DNA of 64,000 nt from Minisyncoccota bacterium (GTDB lineage Bacteria > Patescibacteriota > Minisyncoccia > Phycocordibacterales > UBA9973), in the NCBI GenBank assembly GCA_041661005.1, contig JBAZVG010000001.1, forward strand, positions 543,515-607,514. Reading direction: 5' to 3'. The notes beneath the pieces are model-generated. The model did no database searches. It was not told the DNA's origin and saw only the letters and a program-made list of their open reading frames with translations. Numbering within the stretch: position 1 is the stretch's first letter; each line of letters begins with the position of its first letter. The position numbers and the translations under genes are program-made. Shown here piece by piece: positions 38,350-47,812 of the stretch.

Positions 38350-39168
38350 TTACCGTATTTCGTAGGTTATCGTCACATCCGAGCTAATCGTATTTTCACC
38401 TTTAGGAATCACAGCTGGAGCTGGAGCTCTGCCTGCGCCATCTTTCATCATTGCCGACTCAGCATACATCATGACGGGATAATTCCCAGATTCGCTGAAG
38501 TTTGCAACCCTGCCCAACCTTACACCCAAATCATCTGCCAAGACTTTGGCTTTTTCCCTAGCATCTTCGATAGCCTCCTTTCTGGCTTGCGCTTTCAGAG
38601 CATCCTCGTCATCTATCGCAAAGTTTGGTCCGCTTAAATTCAAGACACCTGTCGTGCCCAACCCCTGCATAACTGCACCGGCCTCATCTGTGTTGCGAAT
38701 TTTTACAGTAATACTTTCACTTGCCTCATAACCAGTAAGAACTTGCTTGCCAGTACCGCAATCATAAGACGATCCAGAGACACCGCCCGTCTCAACCTGC
38801 GGACATAAAGCGCGAACATACTCGTATTTTGGATAAAAAGATGCGTTCGTGGTTTTTATATCTTTATCGGCAATATCTTTTGTTTTTAGAAAATCGAGAG
38901 CCTTTTTCTCTATCCCAGCAACGCCATTTTGAGCTTCCTTGACCGTCTTTGCAGTTTTGCTGATTGTAAAGTATACACTCGCAATATCTGGCACTGCTTG
39001 AACTTCTCCATGACCAGACAAAGTAATAGTGTTGGTATCTGAACTACCCATCTTGCCATAAGATCTGAATTCAGATAATAGTCTAACTACGAAGAACAAA
39101 GAAAGAACAACCAAAAAAACAAGTGAGACTTTGTATAAATTTTTTACGTATTGCTGTGGTATTTCCAT
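38350..39168 (-). CDS. SIMPL (DUF541) domain protein
   Basis: ITLSGHGEVQAVPDIA, ARKEAIEDAREKA..LA..LGVRLG, VTITYEI. Confidence 0.92.
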   Translation of the reverse strand: MEIPQQYVKNLYKVSLVFLVVLSLFFVVRLLSEFRSYGKMGSSDTNTITLSGHGEVQAVPDIASVYFTISKTAKTVKEAQNGVAGIEKKALDFLKTKDIADKDIKTTNASFYPKYEYVRALCPQVETGGVSGSSYDCGTGKQVLTGYEASESITVKIRNTDEAGAVMQGLGTTGVLNLSGPNFAIDDEDALKAQARKEAIEDAREKAKVLADDLGVRLGRVANFSESGNYPVMMYAESAMMKDGAGRAPAPAVIPKGENTISSDVTITYEIR

Positions 39169-39232
39169 ATATTTTTACCTTATTTATTCTTAATAATTTG
39201 ATTATAACATAAAATAATATTAATCAAAAATT

Positions 39233-40213
39233 TTAATACGGATCAGTGCCTTGAATAAGTCGTGGGGAACCTGGCTGAACTATTATGCCTTGTCTGGTAT
39301 TGGGAATATTTCGTGGAACCTCAGGATTATTAGTATTATTTCCATTATTTGTATTTTGATTTTCTGGATTAGGATTTGTGGTAACAGGAGGAGTGGTGGG
39401 AGAAGTGGGAGTCGGAGGTGGTGGATTGGGAGTAGATTGCTGTATCTCTTGTTCCACCTGTGTCAATTTTTCTTTTATACTATCTACTTCATCTTCTACT
39501 TGTTCCACGACTTCTTGTTGATTACCGACATCTTCCGGTGTGACTGATGGTATATTCGAAGGAGAAGTTGGAGGGGTTTGTGGATTATTAGAATTTTCAA
39601 TAGCAGTTTCGAGAGAGACCAATACTTCTTCGATGGCTTCTACGGGTGGAAGTTGTGATAAATAAATATCTATTTGCAATTGAGAAAGTCCAGAATCTGC
39701 CGGCGTTAAGCTTTCTATTATTTCAGAAAGATCTTCCAGAAATTCTTTAATCGTTTGCATTTCTTTCTGTATTTTCTCCCTCTCGTTTACATCTATTGTC
39801 TTGATTAACAGAATGTCAGTTTTTTTCCGCCATTCTTCAAGTAATAAATTTATATTTTTTCTTTCATCATTTATGAGAATATTTTTCAGAGGATTTTTAA
39901 CTATGAGTTCTGGATTTGATCCAGATGCGTCTTTAAACATAAAATCGGTCTCCTCGACTATCCCAGAAGCTTTCCTCATTTGATCTTGGAAAGTTGCAGC
40001 AAGATAAAATTCACTCTCGAGGTCGTCCGTCATCGTATCTAGAGTTTCTTTTTCTTTATTTAATTTATTTTTCGCTATCGCTAAATCGCTTTGTAACATA
40101 TTTTTTTGAGTGACCAAATCGTTGTATTTATCTCCATGCATAAAAAAATACACTCCAAAAGCAAGAACGAGTGCAAACACTACCCCTCCGCCAATAAGGC
40201 TTAATTTATTCAT
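39233..40213 (-). CDS. Hypothetical membrane-anchored coiled-coil protein with a Pro/Thr/Asn-rich tail
   Basis: N-terminal TM, heptad-rich middle, low-complexity C-terminus. Confidence 0.8.
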   Translation of the reverse strand: MNKLSLIGGGVVFALVLAFGVYFFMHGDKYNDLVTQKNMLQSDLAIAKNKLNKEKETLDTMTDDLESEFYLAATFQDQMRKASGIVEETDFMFKDASGSNPELIVKNPLKNILINDERKNINLLLEEWRKKTDILLIKTIDVNEREKIQKEMQTIKEFLEDLSEIIESLTPADSGLSQLQIDIYLSQLPPVEAIEEVLVSLETAIENSNNPQTPPTSPSNIPSVTPEDVGNQQEVVEQVEDEVDSIKEKLTQVEQEIQQSTPNPPPPTPTSPTTPPVTTNPNPENQNTNNGNNTNNPEVPRNIPNTRQGIIVQPGSPRLIQGTDPY

Positions 40214-40239
40214 CTATTTATTATAATTTTTTATACCAA

Positions 40240-41280
40240 CTAAATCAAATTAACTTCTGAGGTAAGTTCAAGACCAAATTTTTCTTTTACATCAACGATG
40301 ATTTTATTTGCCAGAGCCAACACTTCTTCTCCTTTTGCTTTACCATAATTTACCAAAACTAACGCTTGTTTTTCATGGACGCCAACATTTCCAAGCCTTT
40401 GTCCTTTCCACCCACATTGTTCGATCAACCATCCAGCTGGGATTTTGACAAGATTATCTTCTTCAAAATACGGCATTTCCGGATATGCTTTTTGCAGTTT
40501 TTTTAATTCCTCCGGTTGTACAAAAATATTTTTAAAAAAACTACCTGCGTTAGGAATGCTAACCGGATCTGGAAGTTTACTCCTGCGTATAGCAGAAACC
40601 GCATTGCTTATATCCCTCGGCCGTAGCCCTACGGGCGAGTCCTTTAAACTTCTGACTTCAATTTTATTTTTCTCTAAATAATCCTGTAAAATTTTATAAG
40701 TTACATTTTTATTTTCTTTTTTACTTAATCGAAGAGTTGTCGCGATAATAAAATATTTTTCCTTTAATTCATTTTTAAAAATACTATCTCGGTAGCCAAG
40801 TTTGCATTCTTCTTTGCTGAAAACCATCTTTTCTCCAGTAATAATATTAATCGTCTCGACATTTTCTAATACATTTTTGAGCTCGACTCCATACGCTCCG
40901 ATATTTTGCATCGGCGCTGCGCCGACTGTCCCCGGGATAAGCGCCAAATTCTCGATGCCCCACAAATCACGTTCCACTGCAAAAGTCACAAGATCGTGCC
41001 AAATCTCTCCGCCCATGGCGCGAACCATAACGGTTTCAGAATTTTCTGATAGAATCTCAATACCTTTCAATTTATTTAAAACAACTAAACCATCGAAATC
41101 TTTAGTAAACAAAACATTGCTCCCTCCGCCGAGAAATAATTTATTGCTGTTTTGAAACTCTTTCGTAGTCAAAAGTTCTTTTAAATCGGCCTCATTCGCG
41201 ATTTCTACAAAAAATTTAGCATTCACCGAAATGCTAAAAGTGTTTAACTTTGACAAATTGTAGTTGTGCTCTATTTTCAC
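40240..41280 (-). CDS. murB: UDP-N-acetylenolpyruvoylglucosamine reductase
   Basis: LGGGSNVLF, IPGTVGAAPMQNIGAYG, NAGSFFKN, QALVLVN. Confidence 0.97.
   Translation of the reverse strand: MKIEHNYNLSKLNTFSISVNAKFFVEIANEADLKELLTTKEFQNSNKLFLGGGSNVLFTKDFDGLVVLNKLKGIEILSENSETVMVRAMGGEIWHDLVTFAVERDLWGIENLALIPGTVGAAPMQNIGAYGVELKNVLENVETINIITGEKMVFSKEECKLGYRDSIFKNELKEKYFIIATTLRLSKKENKNVTYKILQDYLEKNKIEVRSLKDSPVGLRPRDISNAVSAIRRSKLPDPVSIPNAGSFFKNIFVQPEELKKLQKAYPEMPYFEEDNLVKIPAGWLIEQCGWKGQRLGNVGVHEKQALVLVNYGKAKGEEVLALANKIIVDVKEKFGLELTSEVNLI
40614..40639. repeat. 26-bp element (family E) in frame in murB
   Basis: CCCTCGGCCGTAGCCCTACGGGCGAG; copies at 24991-25016 (reverse) and 57978-58003. Confidence 0.88.
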
Positions 41281-41870
41281 TCTCTAAGTATATAGACAGA
41301 CCCATCTTTCTGCAATTTAATTACTTTGGATGCTTTTCCTTTGATCTCTCCCCCGTCTATATATAAATCCACTAAATTTCCAAAATATTTTCTAGCTTCA
41401 GAAATATTCTCACTCGGAGACAAGCCCTCTGGGTTAGCCGAGGGCGCAATGAGCGGACCTGTTTCCTTCAATAAATCTCGTAAACTTTCTTCCGCAGGCA
41501 AACGAAATGCCAAAGTCTGCGTTCCTCGATGCAGATATGCGAATTTTTCATCTGAACATTCAAAAACAATACTAACTGGAAGAGATCCTCCGACTGTGAT
41601 CAGAGCAGACCAATATTCTTGAACTATAGCTTTTTGTTTTTCAGAAAGAACAATAGAAAATTTTTCAAGCTCGTCAATATCACCAATTAATATTACACAA
41701 GGTTTTTTGGGATCTCTTTTTCTTATACTATAAATTCGATTTACCGCAGAGACGTCCAGAGCACTACCGACAATGCCATAAATAGTGTCTGTGGGTATGA
41801 CAGCGACGCCATTTCCTTTCAAAGTTTTTATCAAACTTTCATTATTCCAAATGTTTTGCTGTGACAACAT
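41277..41870 (-). CDS. tsaC: L-threonylcarbamoyladenylate synthase (YrdC/Sua5 family)
   Basis: PTDTIYG, IYSIRKR, AFRLP, APSANPEG. Confidence 0.93.
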   Translation of the reverse strand: MLSQQNIWNNESLIKTLKGNGVAVIPTDTIYGIVGSALDVSAVNRIYSIRKRDPKKPCVILIGDIDELEKFSIVLSEKQKAIVQEYWSALITVGGSLPVSIVFECSDEKFAYLHRGTQTLAFRLPAEESLRDLLKETGPLIAPSANPEGLSPSENISEARKYFGNLVDLYIDGGEIKGKASKVIKLQKDGSVYILRE

Positions 41871-41891
41871 AAAATGTATTATAATATACAA

Positions 41892-42281
41892 ATGATAAAA
41901 AACATCGTAAAATTTTTCGATAAACTAGAAGATCGCATGCGAGGTAAATTAAGCCACTACCCTATTGTTTACGCTTTCATTGGAGGTATTGGAATCGTAT
42001 TATTTTGGCGCGGAGTTTGGTACACGGCAGACGATACGAACATCGGAAGCATTGATTCATTTGTCATCGGATCTATCATCCTCCTCATAACCGGAGTGTT
42101 TGTTTCCGCTTTCATTGGAAGCCGGCTCATTATTTCCGGCTTAATTGGAGGGAAAAAACTAGCCGAAAAAGAACAAAGTGAAATAGAAACTGAAGAAACC
42201 CAACTTGTAAATCTGCAAAACACCATGAACAGAGTGGAGGAGAAGATAGATAATCTCAAAAAAGAAACAGAAAAAAAATAG
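41892..42281 (+). CDS. Hypothetical membrane protein
   Basis: GGIGIVLFWRGVW, two TMs and a coiled-coil tail. Confidence 0.82.
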   Translation: MIKNIVKFFDKLEDRMRGKLSHYPIVYAFIGGIGIVLFWRGVWYTADDTNIGSIDSFVIGSIILLITGVFVSAFIGSRLIISGLIGGKKLAEKEQSEIETEETQLVNLQNTMNRVEEKIDNLKKETEKK

Positions 42282-42298
42282 TTTTATACGGCTATGGA

Positions 42299-42829
42299 TT
42301 AGAAAATTTCTTCTTCTAATTTTCTTTCTATTTCCTCTTCACTGATAGGTTTGAGCAACTTCCTCAGTTCTGGATCTTCCGACAAATCCACTCCTTGCCT
42401 TTCCAGCACTATGGCCAACATTTGCATAAGTTTAGTAATTTCCTTCTCGGAAATAAGATTGACTTGCAAATGAGTTTCTTCACGCAGATCATCTATCTTT
42501 GAGTTGCGATTCTGGGAGATGAGCACAAAAATTGCAAGAAAAATAGCTTCGAGGGAGACAACCATCGTCAGAAGGTTGAAGGGAAAAGGATCAAACGGAG
42601 GTATCCACTTTATCTGATTGGTATTGATGAGTATCCACCCAGTAAACAAAAATATATTCAATAATAAAAAAGCCATACTACCAAAACTCGAAGTCATCCA
42701 ATCGGCAATTCTCTCTGTCACCGTTCTTTTAGAATCAAAAGTGGCTTTAATGCTCTTAAATATTTTTCTTCTCGACCCCTTGCTTTCTCCAAACAATGAG
42801 CTCAAAAATGAAACGTGGTTTTTTGACAT
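42299..42829 (-). CDS. DUF1003 family membrane protein
   Basis: FDPFPFNLLTMVVSLEAIFLAIFVLISQNR. Confidence 0.9.
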   Translation of the reverse strand: MSKNHVSFLSSLFGESKGSRRKIFKSIKATFDSKRTVTERIADWMTSSFGSMAFLLLNIFLFTGWILINTNQIKWIPPFDPFPFNLLTMVVSLEAIFLAIFVLISQNRNSKIDDLREETHLQVNLISEKEITKLMQMLAIVLERQGVDLSEDPELRKLLKPISEEEIERKLEEEIF

Positions 42830-42854
42830 ACATCTTTATTATACACTAAAATTG

Positions 42855-42926
42855 GGTGCCTATTCGGTTATGCTCCGAATCTAAGAGCTCCACAAGCTCT
42901 TGTGCTACTATTACACCATAGGCACC
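42855..42926 (-). tRNA. tRNA-His(GTG) with non-canonical D and T loops
   Basis: G-1:C73, acceptor GTGCCTA/TAGGCAC, anticodon arm AGAGC-TTGTGGA-GCTCT, T arm TTCGG-AGCATAA-CCGAA. Confidence 0.85.
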
Positions 42927-43052
42927 ATGTATTGATATTTATAACAATAAAAGAGGAACATATGCAAGTTTATTTGCATAACGTCCGAGAGTAATTGGTA
43001 TATGGTAATCCATATAACAAAAAATATACGTAAATGCTACTTTTTTTATCTT

Positions 43053-45716
43053 TTATTTTATTCTAAATAATTTTAGATAATGTTCTTTGGTGAATAAATG
43101 ATTCTTGTTGTGAAGAAGATATTTTGCACCCTCAACCATAGCAATATTAAAAATAAGCCAAAATACGATTAAGGGCGTCCAAGCGAGAGGTAATGGCGCA
43201 ATTTCGAAAATATTTCTAATCGCCGGTATGGTCATCGTAGCGACTAAAATGACAACTGCAATCAAAATACTTATGTTGAGTTTTTTGTTGGCAAATATAG
43301 GATATGAAAAAAGCGGACGATGCAAACTTCTGAAAGAAAAGGAAATAGCAAGGATGTAAGAAGAGAAACAAACGAAAAATATGGAACGAGTGACATCTAA
43401 ATCCAGGCCGATTTGCAATAGAAAATAATACAAAAAGAAAAGAAACAATGAACTTAAAACTCCAACGCCAAAAATAAACACTTTAACATTCTTTGTAAAA
43501 ATAAGATGCGTACTTTCCATCTTTTTGCTTTTTCTTTTTTCTTTATCTATGTCTTCTTCAAATGCAAAAGCGAGCGCAGGCAGACTTCCGGTAAAAAGAT
43601 TCACCCAGATGATTTGGAGCGCGGTAATGGGCAGAGGAAGCCCCATCAAGAGACTCCCCCCAATTACAAACACTTCATCAAGAGAATTAGACATTAGATA
43701 TGTGAATGCTTTTTTGATATTGGAAAGAATTCGGCGTCCTTCATCTATGGCCAGAGAAATAGTTTGAAAATTGTCATCAAGCAATACTAAATCTGCCGCG
43801 CTTTTTGCCACATCACTTCCTGAGCCGAGCGATATGCCTATATCCATCGCCTTGAGCGCCGGAGCATCATTGACACCATCCCCCGTCATAGCCACTACCT
43901 CTCCAAGACTTTGATACAGCCGTCCTATGCGAAGTTTGTCTTCTGGTGTCACTCGGGCGAATATTTTTATTTTAGGAATGATGACAAGTAATTCTTTATC
44001 AGAAAGACTCTTGAGGTCATTGCCGGTAAGTATTTCATCTTCACGCGCTTCCCAATCCAAACTTTTTACCACAGAAAGCGCGGTTCCCATGAGATCTCCT
44101 GTGACTAAAACCATTTTTATGCCATGAGACTCAATATTTTTAATTGCAGCCGGAACTTCTACTCTTATGGGATCATAAAAAACAAACATTCCGAGAAAAT
44201 CAAGTCCCTCCATGTCTTGAATAGAAAAACTTTTTGGATGTTTTTTGGAGATTGTCGCAATACCGATAAGTCTTTTGCCCTCTCTGCTCGTAACATCTAT
44301 CCATTCTTCTAATTTAATATATTCTTCTTTCGAAATATTTGATTTCTTGAGTAAAATATCCGGCGCGCCCATCACCACATACAATCCATTTTTCTCGGCT
44401 ACAGAAAATTTGTTGGTTGAATTAAATGGCAAAACCAAAAAGGAAGAACTGAAAACAATGTCATCAAAAGAAACATTATGCAAGAGGCTTGCTTTGGCGA
44501 TATTGACTTCAAACGGTCGCCCCCGAAAAGTCCATTCTGCCTTGTCTTTATCTCTGTTTTCAATAGAAACGTCAATATTGAGTAATGCCAATTCTAATAA
44601 TTTTTTTTGATCATCAGAAAAAACTTTATGCAATACTTCGTGTTCATCTTTTTTAATTGGATTAGAGAGAAGCGCTGTTCTGGTGTGTATTCCAACGAGT
44701 TGCATATCTGCTAGCGTCAACGTCCCCGTTTTGTCTGTCATTATGAGGGTTGCAGAGCCGAGTGTCTCCGCCGCGGTAAGCTTTCTGACGATTCCCTTCT
44801 TGTTTGCAATACGCTCGGAACCGATCGCTAAAATAACAGTGAGTGCGATAGGCAATGCCTCGGGCACGGCCCCCACAGCAACAGCCGCGGAAAGGACGAG
44901 CATTGGAATCAATGACTCTCCACGCATTATTCCCAAAATTAAAATTCCTATGACAATAATAGAAACTATAAAAAAAATGAACCAAGCCAAACGTCCGATA
45001 CCTCTCTGTAGTGGAGTTTGAGTTCTTTTAGTGGTGGAGACTATCCCGGCAATTTTACCGATTTCAGTTTCATTGCCCGTAGCATAGACAACCGCGGTAG
45101 CATATCCCTGCACCACCAAACTCCCAGCATGAGCAATATTTTTACGTTCCGAAACCGCCGAAGTTATATTGATAGTTATATTATTTTTTTCCACTGGCAG
45201 AGATTCTCCAGTAAGTATTGCTTCGTCTACATTGAGATCAATTTCACTGAGAATGCGCGCATCAGCAGGCACTCTCGAACCGTAAAATAATTTTATTATA
45301 TCCCCGGGCACCAAAAGAGAAGAATCAATTTCTTGTTCTTTTCCGTTACGAATAACTTTAGCCCTATCTTTTATATATGTTTTTAATTTCTCAAGGGTAT
45401 TTTCAGCATGATATTCATGATAAAACCCCAGCACCACATTGAGCAATACCGCAAAGACAATCACAGCTGTGTTCATCCACTCGGCAAGTATGCTGGTGAG
45501 AACAGCCGCGCCAATAAGTAAAAATATAAGCGGACTTAAAAATTGTTTCAAAAAAAGAGAAGGAATATGGATCTTTTCTTTGCTGTGAAAAGTATTATTT
45601 CCGTATTTTTGCAAACGAACTTCTGCCTCTTTGTCAGTTATGCCAACTTGCGTCGAATGTAATTGTTCGACGGTTTCTTTGTCCGATAGTCCCCATGGTT
45701 GCATAGTATTCTGCAT
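43053..45716 (-). CDS. Cation-transporting P-type ATPase (P2/Ca2+-type-like)
   Basis: LTGES, VPEALP, DKTGTLT, TGD, GDGVNDAPAL. Confidence 0.96.
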   Translation of the reverse strand: MQNTMQPWGLSDKETVEQLHSTQVGITDKEAEVRLQKYGNNTFHSKEKIHIPSLFLKQFLSPLIFLLIGAAVLTSILAEWMNTAVIVFAVLLNVVLGFYHEYHAENTLEKLKTYIKDRAKVIRNGKEQEIDSSLLVPGDIIKLFYGSRVPADARILSEIDLNVDEAILTGESLPVEKNNITINITSAVSERKNIAHAGSLVVQGYATAVVYATGNETEIGKIAGIVSTTKRTQTPLQRGIGRLAWFIFFIVSIIVIGILILGIMRGESLIPMLVLSAAVAVGAVPEALPIALTVILAIGSERIANKKGIVRKLTAAETLGSATLIMTDKTGTLTLADMQLVGIHTRTALLSNPIKKDEHEVLHKVFSDDQKKLLELALLNIDVSIENRDKDKAEWTFRGRPFEVNIAKASLLHNVSFDDIVFSSSFLVLPFNSTNKFSVAEKNGLYVVMGAPDILLKKSNISKEEYIKLEEWIDVTSREGKRLIGIATISKKHPKSFSIQDMEGLDFLGMFVFYDPIRVEVPAAIKNIESHGIKMVLVTGDLMGTALSVVKSLDWEAREDEILTGNDLKSLSDKELLVIIPKIKIFARVTPEDKLRIGRLYQSLGEVVAMTGDGVNDAPALKAMDIGISLGSGSDVAKSAADLVLLDDNFQTISLAIDEGRRILSNIKKAFTYLMSNSLDEVFVIGGSLLMGLPLPITALQIIWVNLFTGSLPALAFAFEEDIDKEKRKSKKMESTHLIFTKNVKVFIFGVGVLSSLFLFFLYYFLLQIGLDLDVTRSIFFVCFSSYILAISFSFRSLHRPLFSYPIFANKKLNISILIAVVILVATMTIPAIRNIFEIAPLPLAWTPLIVFWLIFNIAMVEGAKYLLHNKNHLFTKEHYLKLFRIK

Positions 45717-45745
45717 TTTAAATAAATATTCTAGGAATTACTCCA

Positions 45746-46378
45746 TTAGAATTCTTTAAAACAATATTCTTTATCGGGTTCACTTTTTATTAAATTACAA
45801 ATTTGCGAATCATTTTTATTTTTAGCTATTTGCATATAACAACTGGTAATATACACTTGTGCAACTACCTTTTCACATATTCCAGCGTCTCCTTTTTTAA
45901 TCGCGATACCGACATAGCATAAATCTTTCGAAGATAATCCTACTATATTTTCACAAGCTTGTTCGTCACCAGATTCAATAGCGCTTTTCTTTTGAATTTG
46001 AGTTTCACAACTAAATCTATAGTCATCTGATTTTAATGTTTTACAAAGACTTAAATCTTTTATCTTAACTGCAATACCCATAATACATACCTGATTATCA
46101 AATTCAGGCAAGCCATTGCAGGCATTTAAATCTTCTTTCTCTTTAGCAAAATTAGTTATACATGAATATTTAGTTCCATTTGTACTAGTTGTATTGCAAA
46201 TTTCTATATTATTTTCTTGGACAGCGGCTTTATATAAACAATAATTGTACTCAGCAAACGGTAAGTTTTTACTACATCCTGATTTTTTATTATAAACATA
46301 CATACCACCTCCAATTACTAATAATGCGATAATCACTATTAATAGTGGTGCAACGAAACCTTTTTGTGAGTTTTCCAT
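45746..46378 (-). CDS. Cys-repeat surface protein with a pilin-like N-terminus
   Basis: QKGF followed by a hydrophobic helix; ~25-aa repeats C....A....D...C. Confidence 0.82.
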   Translation of the reverse strand: MENSQKGFVAPLLIVIIALLVIGGGMYVYNKKSGCSKNLPFAEYNYCLYKAAVQENNIEICNTTSTNGTKYSCITNFAKEKEDLNACNGLPEFDNQVCIMGIAVKIKDLSLCKTLKSDDYRFSCETQIQKKSAIESGDEQACENIVGLSSKDLCYVGIAIKKGDAGICEKVVAQVYITSCYMQIAKNKNDSQICNLIKSEPDKEYCFKEF

Positions 46379-46427
46379 AATTGCTATTTTAACATTTTAT
46401 CAACGAAACCCCCAAACGCCTACACTA

Positions 46428-46513
46428 TGGTGCGCGGGAGAGGAATCGCACCTCCACGCCCTTGCGGGCACTACCACCTCAAGGTAGCTCGGCTACTGTT
46501 ACGACACCCGCGC
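46428..46513 (-). tRNA. tRNA-Leu(GAG), divergent D/T loops, CCA encoded
   Basis: GCGCGGG/CCCGCGC-A-CCA, CTACC-TTGAGGT-GGTAG, variable arm GCCC-GCAA-GGGC. Confidence 0.92.
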
Positions 46514-46522
46514 ATGTTTTTG

Positions 46523-47200
46523 TCAATAGTATGTTTGTTGTTGCTTGTAGTTAATTTTTAAAGCCTTCTCTATCTTTAACCTCTTGCGCGACAGACACAT
46601 GACTTTTTTATCATAGTACATTCTTTTAATAATTTCCAGCGCTTCCTTTTTCGCATATTTAAGTTGAAAAGTGCTCCCTTTACCATCTTTAGTTATGTGA
46701 CCATAAATATTTAATCTACACTTGAGTTCTTCTCTTAACCAATCAATGTGTTTTTTGCTGGCAGAAATAAATTCTAAGTAAAACATAAAACTAGATCTCC
46801 ATCTTTTGTCCCAATAGGAATAGAAAGTTCCGTCTCCGTCAAAACACCCTCTTAGAAAATCAAAGAAATATTTAGGTGGCATTAAAACTTTACCAATTGT
46901 TTTAGACTTTTTAGCATACAATCCTATCGACTCTAAAAATCTATATAAAAGCACATCACCAAATTGTACTTTGTGTGATAAATTACCATCATAACCAGAA
47001 ATCGCCTTACCTATTTTAACATCAAGATTAAAACACTTCATGAAGTTATTAATCTGCTCAATTTCTTTAGAAACAAAAGCTATATGGCGATTATCGGGTG
47101 AAAGATTCCCATCCGTAGTTAAAAGTCCAATTGCATACGCAAAATTTTCTGACCATTTTATTTTTACTTTACCTTTTGGCTTTGGTCCCCTCTTCCCCAT
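46523..47200 (-). CDS. Double-motif LAGLIDADG homing-endonuclease-like protein
   Basis: AYAIGLLTTDGNL and FLRGCFDGDG motifs; basic 225-aa protein. Confidence 0.88.
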   Translation of the reverse strand: MGKRGPKPKGKVKIKWSENFAYAIGLLTTDGNLSPDNRHIAFVSKEIEQINNFMKCFNLDVKIGKAISGYDGNLSHKVQFGDVLLYRFLESIGLYAKKSKTIGKVLMPPKYFFDFLRGCFDGDGTFYSYWDKRWRSSFMFYLEFISASKKHIDWLREELKCRLNIYGHITKDGKGSTFQLKYAKKEALEIIKRMYYDKKVMCLSRKRLKIEKALKINYKQQQTYY

Positions 47201-47210
47201 TTGTATATTA

Positions 47211-47241
47211 TATCACCTCAAGGTAATAGCGTCTACCAATT
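47211..47241 (-). pseudogene. 5' remnant of a tRNA-Leu(GAG)
   Basis: AATTGGTAGACGC-TATTACC-TTGAGGTG: canonical Leu D-loop plus the GAG anticodon loop. Confidence 0.75.
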
Positions 47242-47282
47242 ATTAGATAAACAAAAAACCACTTTCGTGGGATTATGTTTAT

Positions 47283-47756
47283 TTATTCTGCAACCTTAAC
47301 TTCTTCGGCTGGAGCTTCTTCCTCAACATCTACCTGATTAGTGATAGAACGCATTTTACTGCGAACATCTTTCACCGCCTTGGTGCGGATATAATAAAGC
47401 TTTGATCTGCGAGCGCGAGATCTTTTAGTTATTTCAATTTTATCTATCATCGGAGAATAAAGTGGAAAAATTCTCTCGACTCCGACGCCGGAAGCTACTT
47501 TTCTTACCGTAAAAGTTGCGCCTATTTCTGTCCCATGTTTCCTCCCAAGCACGATACCTTCAAAAGCCTGAAGTCTAAATTTGCCAGCTTCGCCCTTTTT
47601 AGCGTCTCCTTTTTTCTTTTCACCCTTTTTTTCAGTTTTTTCCTCTAAAATCTTGGACCAAATGTTTACAGTATCTCCAGCCTTAAAACTAAGGCTCTTG
47701 CGAGCTTCCATATCCACTGGGCTAAATTTAATATTGGTAACTTTATTTCCTGTCAT
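47283..47756 (-). CDS. rplS: 50S ribosomal protein L19
   Basis: FKAGDTV, RLQAFEGIV, FTVRKVASGVGVERIFP, RRSKLYY. Confidence 0.97.
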   Translation of the reverse strand: MTGNKVTNIKFSPVDMEARKSLSFKAGDTVNIWSKILEEKTEKKGEKKKGDAKKGEAGKFRLQAFEGIVLGRKHGTEIGATFTVRKVASGVGVERIFPLYSPMIDKIEITKRSRARRSKLYYIRTKAVKDVRSKMRSITNQVDVEEEAPAEEVKVAE

Positions 47757-47812
47757 AGTAGAAGCACTTTAGCATAAAAGATTTTACAAATCAAATGCAT
47801 ACGCTGTGTGCT

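Noticed and set aside
41585-41606. Possible decayed TCCGAC-N-GTCGGA element in tsaC
   Set aside because: Only a partial match; cannot be distinguished from chance.
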